Positions 20,901-31,000 of a stretch of DNA of 64,000 bases are shown here, in pieces; within the stretch, counting starts at the first letter, position 1, and each line of letters starts with the position of its first letter. The position numbers and the translations under genes were made by a program. The DNA is taken from positions 1-64,000 of the IMG/VR virus record IMGVR_UViG_3300036770_004143; one strand, written 5' to 3'. The notes beneath the pieces were generated by a model, which made no database searches, was not told the DNA's origin, and saw nothing but the letters and a program-made list of their open reading frames with translations.

Positions 20901-22602
20901 TATTGATAACTGAACCTTTTAATCTCCTTCCTTCATTTGTAATACCACTTGTCTTTTGCAAACGGTCATATGACATATAAGGTGAATCCTTTGTAAATAA
21001 TCTACAATATTCTTGGAATGAACCCCCAACCAAATTCTGTGGGTCTTGATATTTATATGCCTTAACTCTTGAACCTTTTGTTATTTCCTTATACCCATCA
21101 TTAAAAACCTTGCTAACTTGATCCATAGCATTACCCACATGTTTTAACCTATTTGCCCCATTTGGCTGTGAGTTAATTATCCTTTGTGTATCATCCAATA
21201 TCGAACCATCCTTAAAATCATAATTGGTTGATTCTGTTCCATCAAAAGTGGTTTGTTTTGTTCCATTATCCCCAAATATCTCACCACCTTTCCCTGCACT
21301 CTTTCCTGCATTATTCTTATATTTTGGTGAAACCCATGTTAAACCCCCTTCAATACCACCACCATCAATATCACTTTTTCCATTAAATCCAATGGCTGGA
21401 TTGAAGTTTTCACCCTCATATACCTTTGAAACCTCTGTTGAACTATATACACTCTTTTGAATGCGCCTTCCAAATTGGTCAATTGGTAAATCATCTTCTG
21501 GTGAAAGAATGTCAATAATGTCCAAATTATCATTTCCTACATAATAGGTACTCTTGTTATTTGTGAATAAATCCAAAAATGAACCTATTATGCCACTTCT
21601 TTCATAATTTGGCTTGTATAAATTCTTATTAATATTTTTATATAAGACTGACCGTTGACCAGCTCCCATATTATCATAAAATAATTGTGAACCTGTTTTC
21701 TTCTGTTGGAATAATCCACCAAGAAAACCCTTATCTCCTTTACCATTTAAACTTATTGATTCATCAAAATAACTTCCAATAATAGTTGGAAATGGTAATT
21801 CACCACCAACAAACTCCAATGCCAATTGTGCTGCACCAACAAGCAAATTATTTGGCTTTGTTATACTCCAGTTTGGTTGAATAATTGGATTTGGTCCTAT
21901 TATGAGATTATATACATCAAAGGGGTCATTCAAACTTGCAATAGTCTGGTCAAACTTCTTTATGATGTCATATCTTGTTGTTAACTTTGCAACCCTTTCA
22001 TTAAAATAATTTGTTAAAGTCTTTGCACCCAATCTTGTAATATAAGAATCCGCAGATAAATTCGATTTGGTTTCAGCAGTATCCGTAAGTATGCCAAATG
22101 CTGTATATTTAGAGGGTTTGAAACTATTAACACCTACACCCCAATAATATAATATCCCCTTCTTTGCTAAATTTGCATCAAACCACTCATCATCATTCTC
22201 AATATAAATTGCTGAATCGGTTAAATCATCTTTTGTTGTGTAAAAATTCTCAAACAAATTTTTATTTAAACTTTCTCTATTAATCTTTAATGCAACAGAA
22301 TTTTTTATACTATATTCACCATAATTTGTTTTTTTATTATTTAATACATTTACATCTTGTGTTTGAATATAACCACCAACTCTACCATATTGGTTTTTGC
22401 CATATAACTCATTTGCATATATTGGCTGGTCAATTAATTTGTCAGGAGAATCCACAACATTTAATATCTTTGAAAAAGGTGATACCTCATAGTTAAATGG
22501 GGGACTATTACCAAGAGGAGTTTTCTTGTATGGAACTAAATTTTTTGTTATTAAAAACTTCCTAAAATTCTCACTATTTCCAAAATCTAAGGGACTTCTC
22601 AT
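17926..22602 (-). CDS. Large baseplate / tube-initiator-like protein with an inserted OmpA-like domain
   Basis: W...LGRPEPVFTYKNTTR tube-initiator-like segment; FYFDND...SAS...YNKALSQRR...RRV OmpA-like motif; follows tape measure. Confidence 0.55.
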   Translation of the reverse strand: MRSPLDFGNSENFRKFLITKNLVPYKKTPLGNSPPFNYEVSPFSKILNVVDSPDKLIDQPIYANELYGKNQYGRVGGYIQTQDVNVLNNKKTNYGEYSIKNSVALKINRESLNKNLFENFYTTKDDLTDSAIYIENDDEWFDANLAKKGILYYWGVGVNSFKPSKYTAFGILTDTAETKSNLSADSYITRLGAKTLTNYFNERVAKLTTRYDIIKKFDQTIASLNDPFDVYNLIIGPNPIIQPNWSITKPNNLLVGAAQLALEFVGGELPFPTIIGSYFDESISLNGKGDKGFLGGLFQQKKTGSQLFYDNMGAGQRSVLYKNINKNLYKPNYERSGIIGSFLDLFTNNKSTYYVGNDNLDIIDILSPEDDLPIDQFGRRIQKSVYSSTEVSKVYEGENFNPAIGFNGKSDIDGGGIEGGLTWVSPKYKNNAGKSAGKGGEIFGDNGTKQTTFDGTESTNYDFKDGSILDDTQRIINSQPNGANRLKHVGNAMDQVSKVFNDGYKEITKGSRVKAYKYQDPQNLVGGSFQEYCRLFTKDSPYMSYDRLQKTSGITNEGRRLKGSVINKTYDLSIAPRKGNDSKKYMLSIENLAWRTTNKFLDLPECEKGPNGGRLMWFPPYDLKVTDSSSSTWNSNEFLGRPEPVFTYKNTTRTGSLEFSIVVDHPSVLNLITNRILEKENNSEVINGILSSFFAGCLKYDIYDLAKIYNTMTLSELEEIQKIVKESTSIKDDVSYIKRTVVTNVDPINPSQVDTPPDKKDTRFDKYKEYAFYFDNDVPKSSNADYVSAFNSYTASTLYTQAQLKSFMDLHVKDNFAYLNNFITECNEFLAQNEGNTIELTLNSSASKPASISYNKALSQRRSSSVTTYLTNNIKSKNFTIKTNILGEETGVVANSTTGKSSISVANCSAFTENAITSVQAMACRRVAIKDVNAIQKSVAPKVEPTLVTNESEVKVTKQKIEKEITTTENKLYKNVSKRVLQKLLTECDYFETIEETNPFIYNNIKEKLKYFSPAFHSTTPEGLNGRLTFLQQCVRPGDTIPTIREGGVREFKDARNTAFGVPPVLVLRVGDFFHTKIIPDNLAISYDPLHWDINPEGIGFQPMIAKVTLSFKFVGASGLSNAVDKLQNALSFNYYANTEVYDARADKTDNSLDDMDEKILDFIREKEKGKTENFDDIKVVNAYKTIGEINTTATTLNYITLATELVEASTAYVNTINSVIQENSKAYNIELVSLILKSLNNVNGVYNPTTGGEFKLLGVPTDYQKTIDDYVKIIKDNIKTNSDGFIEQINEEFSSEKTIKFDVSNNYQLYIDNEMVKVNNNINILTKAILDAQEKYQKVLSKALFVISTHNSYFGYDGYVDKTGNFFVYKLLNSLTGIQDVLSGIAQRIETNFLPYLKINIDNPKDIFSSDQDSLLYLLLYGAFRDKNGLENFEKQILLKSINPDKNFISNNEKISKIFKSYWGEKLIRYNNKHKEVTIKFLTNLTKYINDMLVELKEIKPNGTVGYISQYEIVESPDNDTKNAILTLNGVNNYDSNKTTWNKNSDGFILVKNKLMR

Positions 22603-22645
22603 TATCTTTTATATATAAATATAATTAGTTGGGGTTTTAATGTTA

Positions 22646-24445
22646 TTATTTATTTGGTTCACTAATAGTTATTAGACTACCAAAATAATTATCTTTTGAA
22701 TTTAATATAACTTTATCTACTTGACCCATTGGTTTAACCACACCAGTTGCATCCATCATCTTATGAATAACATCTATTTTAAGGTTGAACTCTGTATTGT
22801 TAATCTTTGTAGTTTCTTTCTCCTTCATATATGTCAAAATCTGGTTATTCTTATCATAATCTGCCCCACCAGTTCCACCTGTACTTGTTGGTGCAATTGC
22901 TCCAACACCAGTTGTAACCATATTTTTGCTAAAATTTGAAAGATTATCCAAACCACTTTTAATCCAACTATCATTAAACCCACCTTTTTCAGCTGCTTTT
23001 GAAAAATGCTCCACAATCTTATCCATACTTGGTATAAAGTTTGTTATTAATTTTTCCATTCCTGTTGTAAAGTTTGTTGTATTTTTAAACAAATCAGTAA
23101 AATCTGTGTAAGTATTTTTCAAGAAAGACCTCATATCTTTCATCTCTGGAACTAATTCATACAAAGTATCATAAACTGGCTCAACAAATTTTCCTCTTGT
23201 TTCTTCTTGAAATTCAGCAATACCAGGTGTTCCAACTGCGCCAAACAAAATCTTATATTTTATTGCTTGAACATCATTCTTTATAATATCTGTAATACTC
23301 ATTGATTCTCTTGCAAGGTCTTCCATTGTCTTTGGTTTTTCATTTGACAAGTCTTGCAATTTACTTATTTGTTTATCTGTTAATTCTGAAACTTTTTTTG
23401 CAATTGACTCCCCTGTTTTTTCATCCTTAACATTAATAACATATTCACCCTTATCATTCAAATAAGATAAATTGGCAATAAACATTTTCTGATCATCTGT
23501 AATATCAAATTTAAAATCTATCTCTGCTGCTCTCTCATTAAATTCTCTAAGTGCAATTGCCATCTTCTTAACCTTATCTGCACCAAGACCTGTGGCATCA
23601 CCAAGTTCCTTGAACATTCCCATTGCAGATGGATTTATTTCAATTCTACCTGTTTCTGCATTTAACTCTGTGAACATCTCACCAGCCTTTGCAATACTAT
23701 TTATAAGACCTTGTGGATTATTTAATGAACTATTCATCAATGCAAATGGATCAGCCAAATCACCCATAAAAACTCCCAACCTTTGAAATGCTGCTGCTGT
23801 ATCAACAGCACCTTGAATATCAAAAACCTTATCAGCAAATGATTGAATAGATTGCATATCAACTTTAAGCATTGCAGCAGTTGCAGCCATCTTTGAAAAA
23901 CCAAGAACACCCTCCTTAAAATTAAATCTATTTAATAAATCAACATTAGTAACAACCTCTTTCATCACAACTTTTGCATTCATGCCAATACTATTGACAT
24001 AACTTATTGATTTTTCAACCTCCCCACCAACTTTAGCAATTGATATACCTACATCAGAAAAATTCTTAGTAAGCGTACCAAAACTTTCCCCCAATAAATC
24101 TGATGTAGCATATAATTTTTCATAAACATCAGGTGAGAAAATAACAGTTCTTGCAAGAGCTGTACTTGTTTGCTCAACCATTTGAACAATATCACCAATA
24201 TCACCACCCAATCTTCTAACAAGTGGTGCTGCATCTGCAATAACTCCCTTAAACTCATTAACCCTTGACCTGCCAAGAAGAAAACTTTTACTTAAATTAG
24301 AAGATTCAACATCTAAAGCAACCAAAGCACCAGTAAAGTTTGTCATCTCTTTTATTTGTTCCTTTAGGAAATTAGGATCAAGACCAAAAAGTTTCTGTTG
24401 TACCCCATCTACACCACCTAATATTGCATCATAAAGTCCTGCCAT
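22646..24445 (-). CDS. Probable tape measure protein
   Basis: Helical Ala/Gly/Lys-rich 599 aa, immediately after tube and chaperone genes. Confidence 0.55.
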   Translation of the reverse strand: MAGLYDAILGGVDGVQQKLFGLDPNFLKEQIKEMTNFTGALVALDVESSNLSKSFLLGRSRVNEFKGVIADAAPLVRRLGGDIGDIVQMVEQTSTALARTVIFSPDVYEKLYATSDLLGESFGTLTKNFSDVGISIAKVGGEVEKSISYVNSIGMNAKVVMKEVVTNVDLLNRFNFKEGVLGFSKMAATAAMLKVDMQSIQSFADKVFDIQGAVDTAAAFQRLGVFMGDLADPFALMNSSLNNPQGLINSIAKAGEMFTELNAETGRIEINPSAMGMFKELGDATGLGADKVKKMAIALREFNERAAEIDFKFDITDDQKMFIANLSYLNDKGEYVINVKDEKTGESIAKKVSELTDKQISKLQDLSNEKPKTMEDLARESMSITDIIKNDVQAIKYKILFGAVGTPGIAEFQEETRGKFVEPVYDTLYELVPEMKDMRSFLKNTYTDFTDLFKNTTNFTTGMEKLITNFIPSMDKIVEHFSKAAEKGGFNDSWIKSGLDNLSNFSKNMVTTGVGAIAPTSTGGTGGADYDKNNQILTYMKEKETTKINNTEFNLKIDVIHKMMDATGVVKPMGQVDKVILNSKDNYFGSLITISEPNK

Positions 24446-24471
24446 AAAATATAATTTATATATATAAATAG

Positions 24472-24504
24472 AATAAGGGATGATTTTTTACATCATCCCT
24501 TATT
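24472..24504 (-). terminator. Hairpin after chaperone extension ORF
   Basis: AATAAGGGATGA / TCATCCCTTATT 12-bp inverted repeat. Confidence 0.55.
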
Positions 24505-24660
24505 ATTATTGTTGTTAACATCCTCTGTCCATTTGCTTATCAAAAATTTCCGAAGAAATATTGGCATAATCAAGAACTCAGAATATGAAACATGTAAAAG
24601 TTTTTTTAAATAATAAAATTCTGTTGATTGTGATAACCTATAATCCGAAGAAAGGGCGAA
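24493..24660 (-). CDS. Tail assembly chaperone C-terminal extension, probably reached by +1 frameshift
   Basis: Open in the +1 frame overlapping the chaperone 3' end; SYSEFLIMPIFLRKFLI resembles gp51/GT-type extensions; no convincing start of its own. Confidence 0.55.
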   Translation of the reverse strand, partial: FALSSDYRLSQSTEFYYLKKLLHVSYSEFLIMPIFLRKFLISKWTEDVNNNNNKG

Positions 24661-25387
24661 AGAACTCCACCCCAAACCCAGCATTCACTGTGGTCACATC
24701 TCCTGATGGGGTCTTGATGTCTTTTTTCATATTAAGTTTAGGTTCATTTTCAACCAAATATCTACGAACAAATTTTGAATCAGCAATTGGCATATTCTCC
24801 ACATATTTAACAATATTTGTCTTATCAACATCACCATTAATTTCAACAATCTCCCTGGATAACCTTAATGTAACTCTTGGTGCTACCCTAGTAGGGGGAT
24901 AATTATCAATTATTTCATTTACCTCCAATATTTCACCATATGTCAAAGGTTTTAGTTTAACCACATCACCACTCTTAGGTAATGTAACAGTATATGTTCC
25001 ATCATCATTTGGTTTATTGCCAGGTTCAATACTTAACTCACTCAAATCAACAGTTGCTTTAAAAGATTTCCCTGTTTTTGGGTCAGTAACTGAAAGTTCA
25101 ATATCCGAACCAAAAGAAGTATTTCTCAAAAAGATTAAAATTGCTTCTATATCACTTTCAATCATATCCTCTGGTCTTATATCATATTCATATATTTTGT
25201 TCTTTAAAAGTTGTAATGTAAAATTCTTGCTATTACCTAACAATAGATTCTCATCAGCTGCTGTTAAATAACCAACCTTAACTGCTTTCTTCTTGTTTTT
25301 GTAAAATATGCCACCAGAAGGTAATTGAACCACATCGTGGGGTAAATCAAAATTTGATTGCCCATATTCTTTAGATTTATCTTCCAT
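24638..25387 (-). CDS. Tail/baseplate assembly chaperone (gp26-like)
   Basis: VVQLPSGG..Y, LTAADE, D..AILIFLR..SFG, LKPLTYG, ends VEFFRPFF; between tube and tape measure. Confidence 0.7.
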   Translation of the reverse strand: MEDKSKEYGQSNFDLPHDVVQLPSGGIFYKNKKKAVKVGYLTAADENLLLGNSKNFTLQLLKNKIYEYDIRPEDMIESDIEAILIFLRNTSFGSDIELSVTDPKTGKSFKATVDLSELSIEPGNKPNDDGTYTVTLPKSGDVVKLKPLTYGEILEVNEIIDNYPPTRVAPRVTLRLSREIVEINGDVDKTNIVKYVENMPIADSKFVRRYLVENEPKLNMKKDIKTPSGDVTTVNAGFGVEFFRPFFGL

Positions 25388-25441
25388 ATATTTTATTTTA
25401 AAAATAGATTTAAATTGAATAAAAGAAAATAGTTAAATAAA

Positions 25442-25481
25442 AAATCCATATGTAAATGTTAATACATAAACATATGGATTT
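25442..25481 (-). terminator. Hairpin downstream of tail tube gene
   Basis: AAATCCATATGT / ACATATGGATTT inverted repeat followed by a U-run on the - strand. Confidence 0.5.
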
Positions 25482-25504
25482 AATCCTAAATATACTTAAT
25501 AATC

Positions 25505-25993
25505 TTAATAAACTAATATACACCTATCTGGTTGAATACTAACACTAATACCTGCAATATTGTCTGAACTATAGCTTAAACTTCCAAAGTCAACACTAGT
25601 CAATATACAACCTTCAAGTAACCATTTTTCAATAACAACCCCTGTTGGGTCAAGCATTTCCAATGTTAAATTCTGTTTATAACCACTTGCATAACCCATC
25701 CTGCCTGTAACTGATTCAGCATGTAATCTAACCCATTCCATTAAGGCTTGTGAAGCTGATGGACCAATTGGATCCCTAAACTTAACACTAATAGGATCCC
25801 ATTTAAATCTTCCTGACACAAATGTTGATGTATTCAAGAACTGTATTTCTGTTGAACCTATGCTAATCTTGGGTCTTGCTGCTGTTTCAACAAACCATTC
25901 ATTTATACCCATACTTGCTGGAAACCTCAAGATGAACCTATTTTCCCTTTTTGGTTCGTAAGGTAACGGCATTTTCATTAATAAGTCCGCCAT
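25505..25993 (-). CDS. Tail tube protein (gp19-like)
   Basis: EPKRENRF, GRFKWDPISV, YK....LEMLDPTG...EKWLLEG...VDFGSLSY. Confidence 0.85.
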   Translation of the reverse strand: MADLLMKMPLPYEPKRENRFILRFPASMGINEWFVETAARPKISIGSTEIQFLNTSTFVSGRFKWDPISVKFRDPIGPSASQALMEWVRLHAESVTGRMGYASGYKQNLTLEMLDPTGVVIEKWLLEGCILTSVDFGSLSYSSDNIAGISVSIQPDRCILVY

Positions 25994-26208
25994 ATTTTAT
26001 TTTTTTAATTTTTATTATTTTTATTTATTGTTTTTATATAACAAATATAATTACTTATAATAAATATAGGAAATATAAAAATATATTAAAATATTTCAAC
26101 TTTTTGAAAAAATAGTTCAAAAAACACTATTTACTTTTTTTATTGAGTGGTTTAATTTTGTATTATTATATTACTATTATTAATAATAATATTATATATT
26201 ATATGTAA

Positions 26209-27030
26209 TTATTTATCTTGATTAACTCTTTCTTTTTCTCCTTTATTAGTTGAATATATTGTTAATCCTTTTCTTTTAACTTTATCTCTCATAACTTCAA
26301 TGTTTTTAGGATCATCATCAGAAAATCCTATTGTAAAATTAAGTATATCACCTTTTTCTCCAAACATATCATTTTTAAAGTAAAATGCTTTTTTAACTTT
26401 CTCTGAAATTGATTCACAATAATCATAAAATTCATTTAATGCTTTTACTTTCTCAATTTCAGGATTTGCTGCGCTACCAGATCCAAATGATACTGGATAA
26501 AACCTACACATATCAAGATATTCATCAATGATATCATCATATTCTGTTTCTGATGAAACCAAATCTCTATATTTTTGTAGATTTTTAATTAATTTTTGTT
26601 CATCAATTCCATGAAAACCATTTGTTATATATTTCTTAACACCTTTTTTTAAGGTTTCTGGATTATGTCCCCTTGCTGTAATAATGGAAAAAATTGAACC
26701 ATTATTAATTGCTTCCTCAAAATCATCAAATGCTGGTCCTTTCTTTGCTATAAGCACATCAGATAAGAAACCTTCATCTCCTTCAACTCTAAATTGTCTA
26801 AATGGATTTTCAGCATACCCAACAATAGTTGTTCCTCTATACTTAAAGTCATTCTTCCCAACTTCTGATCTATATTTGGCAAAATCATGGGTTGACATAC
26901 CAACTTCATCACCAACATCATCAATTAAGATGATTTCAGTTGGCATAAAAACAATATTGTCATCCCAATCAAATGCATAATATTTCATATCAGGTGTACC
27001 TTTTTCATAAAAATCTTCAAGTAAATTCAT
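26209..27030 (-). CDS. HAD-superfamily phosphatase-like protein
   Basis: AFDWDDNI (DxD), ITARG, K, GFSDDD motifs. Confidence 0.6.
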   Translation of the reverse strand: MNLLEDFYEKGTPDMKYYAFDWDDNIVFMPTEIILIDDVGDEVGMSTHDFAKYRSEVGKNDFKYRGTTIVGYAENPFRQFRVEGDEGFLSDVLIAKKGPAFDDFEEAINNGSIFSIITARGHNPETLKKGVKKYITNGFHGIDEQKLIKNLQKYRDLVSSETEYDDIIDEYLDMCRFYPVSFGSGSAANPEIEKVKALNEFYDYCESISEKVKKAFYFKNDMFGEKGDILNFTIGFSDDDPKNIEVMRDKVKRKGLTIYSTNKGEKERVNQDK

Positions 27031-27068
27031 AATAATTTTTTTAATATAAATATCATTAATTAATTAAA

Positions 27069-27956
27069 TTAAAATTCTTCAATAATAATTGGAAGGTTTT
27101 CTGATTTAAATTTCCAAAACTCTGCCATAAATTGTGCTCTAAACTTATATTTTGGGTCTGTATGATACCCAGATTCATAAACACATTTACATATGCTTTC
27201 ATATAACTGTTTCTTTGGTAATTTATAATTTGCTTTCTTACATTCATAATATCTTCCAGAATTTAATACTTTTGCCCAAGCCTCTATTCCTTCCTTAGTA
27301 GTTTTTGCACTCATAAACTTTGCTTTCATAGTTACATTTTTTCCTCTAATCACTTCATAGGTTCTATATGTGACAGAACCATACCCCTTAAATGCCTTCA
27401 TTCCCCCCGCATTTGCGTGCAGTCGCCATAAGTTGGTCTCAATGCCATTAGTGGTTGCCTCAATGATAAAGAATGAATAGAGCATAGATATGGGGAATTC
27501 AGTCAATAGATGTAAATTCATTAACATACTCTCATAATGAAATGCCATCCACATTCTTCTCATCTGAACTAATGTTGCATTTTCCAAATTTCTAAAACCA
27601 TTAGTTTTTAGATGTTTTCTTAAAGCAGTCTTGTCCATATTCCGGATGTCATAGACATATGACCTTTTCCCATAAGAATCCTCATTAATTATTGTAACAC
27701 CTTCAAGTGCATCATTCTCTGGCACAATTTTTTCTGCCGTATCAACTTTCACTTTAATAGGCTCAATAACCTTTTCAATAAAAACGGTTTCAATTTTTGT
27801 TTGTGCTGGTTCAATATTTGGAATGATTGATTGGGTTGTGTATCTAAATTTGTTTGGAGAATTAACTAACCCCAAGAAAAATGAAAAAAGTAAACCAAAT
27901 ACAATATAGATTGGTAGATTATTTCTTTCTTTTGTTTTTTTAATATTTGTTTTCAT
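27069..27956 (-). CDS. Membrane-anchored GH73/glucosaminidase-like peptidoglycan hydrolase
   Basis: N-terminal TM segment (IYIVFGLLFSFFLGLV); IIEAT...ANAGGMK...GYHTDPKY matching GH73 LES..NxFGIK..GYATDP.Y. Confidence 0.6.
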   Translation of the reverse strand: MKTNIKKTKERNNLPIYIVFGLLFSFFLGLVNSPNKFRYTTQSIIPNIEPAQTKIETVFIEKVIEPIKVKVDTAEKIVPENDALEGVTIINEDSYGKRSYVYDIRNMDKTALRKHLKTNGFRNLENATLVQMRRMWMAFHYESMLMNLHLLTEFPISMLYSFFIIEATTNGIETNLWRLHANAGGMKAFKGYGSVTYRTYEVIRGKNVTMKAKFMSAKTTKEGIEAWAKVLNSGRYYECKKANYKLPKKQLYESICKCVYESGYHTDPKYKFRAQFMAEFWKFKSENLPIIIEEF

Positions 27957-28020
27957 CTGTTGATTTTTATATATTAAAAAAATAAAAATATGTAAACAAT
28001 AAGTAAATGAATGTATAATA

Positions 28021-28058
28021 AAAAACCCCCAAATCTAATTAAAGAAATGGGGGTTTTT
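28021..28058 (-). terminator. Rho-independent terminator after sheath gene
   Basis: AAAAACCCCCA...TGGGGGTTTTT. Confidence 0.7.
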
Positions 28059-28073
28059 ATTAAAACTTATTCA

Positions 28074-31000
28074 TTATATATCTTCAAATGAAGCACCAGT
28101 AGGTGTTATCACAAATTCAAGACTTATGAATTCTAATGACCTTGTAGGTTTAATATAAATTTTACCACTCATTGTATTCCTATCAATATCCTCTGGGTCA
28201 TTTGAAACTGTAACACGGAAATCGGTAAGACCCCTATCCCTTCTAATACCATCTAGGATTGGATTTACTGTATCCAAAAACTGTTGGCGGACTATCTGGT
28301 CATTTTGTTCAAAAAGTAGCCTCACAGCAACCGCAGAGATTAATTTACGTGCTTGTAGTAATAACCTACGAACATTAATTCTATTTAATGCTGATTCTCT
28401 AACTTGCAAGGTTTTATTTCCCCAAATTACAGTATTCACATCAGAGAATGTTGCAATTGGATTTATTCTTCCTTGATATAAAGTATCTCTATCATCTTGA
28501 GTTAATTTTAATCTTGCTTTAACTGAATTAACTAAACCCCTATTATAACCTGCTGATGCAAACCAAGGGAAAGCCACATTGTCAGTTAATGCCAAGTTTC
28601 TACAAACTTCTGCTGTTGGTGGAATATATACTTGTGTATTATTCACTTGGTCTCTAACCAAAATCCAAGGATAATAAGTTGCTGTATAATTTGAATCAAT
28701 GTTTGTTTCCTCCAATGATACAATGGATTCTTGGGGGTAAATAACATCATTCACATTTGTTGTTAAAAGATTTGCATCAGGTGTTGTAACAATATAAATG
28801 GAGTCTGCTCTATCTGATTCAACCATATCAATCGCATTTTCAACCAAGTTGCTATTATTTACATAATCTATGCCTGGGGTAACAAACACATTTATGTTTG
28901 TTGATTCTGGATTTTGGAATGTTAAAATTCCTTTATAATATGCATAATAATCTGTTGTTGCAAAATCAATAGTACCATCACCTTCTGTTATCTCCTTAAA
29001 CGTTCCTTGACCAGTTGCAGCAGCATATTTGCCAGGAATAGATAATGCTCCCCTCATATAGTCTGTTCCACCAATTTGATAAGAATCCCCATTTGTTCTT
29101 TTTTCAGAATAAACATCCCAACCATCAAATCCACCTTCAAACATCAATGTGAACTTTCTTGAATATAGGTAATAGTATGGGCTTGTATTGTCCTCTGGTT
29201 CAACATTAAAACTTCCTGTACCAACCTCAAAAGCCGTTTGACCACTTGTTGTGTAAGCATTTGCAATGGTAACAACTGTTGCACCTGAATCCATATGGAA
29301 ACCTTTTGTAACCACATTCCATTCTGATCCATCTGCAATAATGCTATTTGGATTTTGTTTTCCCTTATAATTTAATAATGAATTATCATATCCATAACTT
29401 GTTGAGAAACCAAGATATGTCCTTTTAACATTGTCAGCAGGAACAGCATTTGATGATGCAAACGGTTCATTATATACCACCTCATTATTGAAATAATATT
29501 TTGTCTTATATAAAACAGTAGGTGATAATTTTGTTCCATACTTTCTGTGGGGATAACCCATAAAACCACATGGGATTGCATCAGATGGGAATTCATCTCC
29601 CATTTCAAGCATAATATATTTTGAAATTAGATTATATTTACCATCACTTGTTCCAATCTTCTTACCAATGAAAGAATTTTGTGTTTCATCCAATGTGCAA
29701 TTTGTGTATTTTTCTAATACAACTGGTGCAGTATCTGAGTCATAAAAACTTCTAACCAATACATCAAATGTTCTATTTTTGAATGACATATTAATGATTG
29801 AAATCTTCACTTCTGTATTTGCATTATTTCCATCAGAAATTGAAATAAATTTGAATAAATTATAAACCTTATTTCCTCTCAATTCAGAAACCACAAATGG
29901 TGTCTTTGGTGATTGATATTTTTCAAGATACCATCCAATTGAGGTTGAAGGGTTTGTTGTTGTTCTTGCTGATGGTAGATAGGTTAAATTGGTTTTCAAT
30001 CCTCTAATATACCCAAGTTTATATGCTTGGTTCAATAAGGTTGGATAATGCTCTTCAACAAAAATTGGAACATCATTTCTATCTTTTCCAAAATTATCTG
30101 TTCCCAACACATTTGTTAAGTAATTTGAATTTGTTGGTCTTAATGAAACATTAAATGTAAAGTTTGAATTGCCTGTTGTATTCCCACTTAAAACAAAGTT
30201 TCCAAATGGATCACCACTCATTGTTGTGCTATTTGCTCCATCAATTGTTAAAGTATTACCTGTTAAGGAATAAATTTGACCATGATTGGTGGATGAATAA
30301 CTTGTGATACCTCTTGACCTAATGGTTGCAACAACCATATCACTATAACCTGTATAGGCTGTTCCAGAGAATACATAAGTGTTTCCTGTAACTGTTCCTG
30401 TAAATGACCCAGCAACTTGATTCCAAGCAGATGTGTTATAATAGAATGAAAATCCATTATAAATATTAGTGTCTGGTTCATTTGTGAATGTTGCATAATT
30501 CCAAACATCATTTTCATCAACTGGTGTTCCATTTGAATTTAATGCAACTGGCGTTCCAAAGTAGTTATAACTTGTTAATCCTGATTGTGTTGAACCTGTG
30601 ATTGTGTTATATGCTGATACTGGGATTGAACCATAAGTTGATGTCTGACCTGTTAAGGTGTTTGAACTTGCCACATTATTTGCAAATGCTTTTAAATCAT
30701 CATAGAAAGTTGATACTACGCCTGTGCTATTTGTATAAGTGTCAGATGAGAATGTTGCAAGAGTCATTCCATTTGGATAGCTTCCTGAAATACTAAATGT
30801 CCCAGTTGTACCTGTTGTTCCTGTAAATGAAATGGAAAATGTTGAACTACTACCACTTAAACCAATAGTTGAATTATTTACATTTGCAATGGTTGTTATT
30901 GACCATGATGGACCAGCATCATAACCAGATAATCCAAGAACTCTTGTAACATACATTTGATTTGATTGCTGTAAATATGATTTTGCAATATATGCAGATT

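Noticed and set aside
25994-26208. Extremely AT-rich 215-nt gap as replication origin or ncRNA
   Set aside because: No iterons or convincing structure; explainable as the tube gene leader and promoter region
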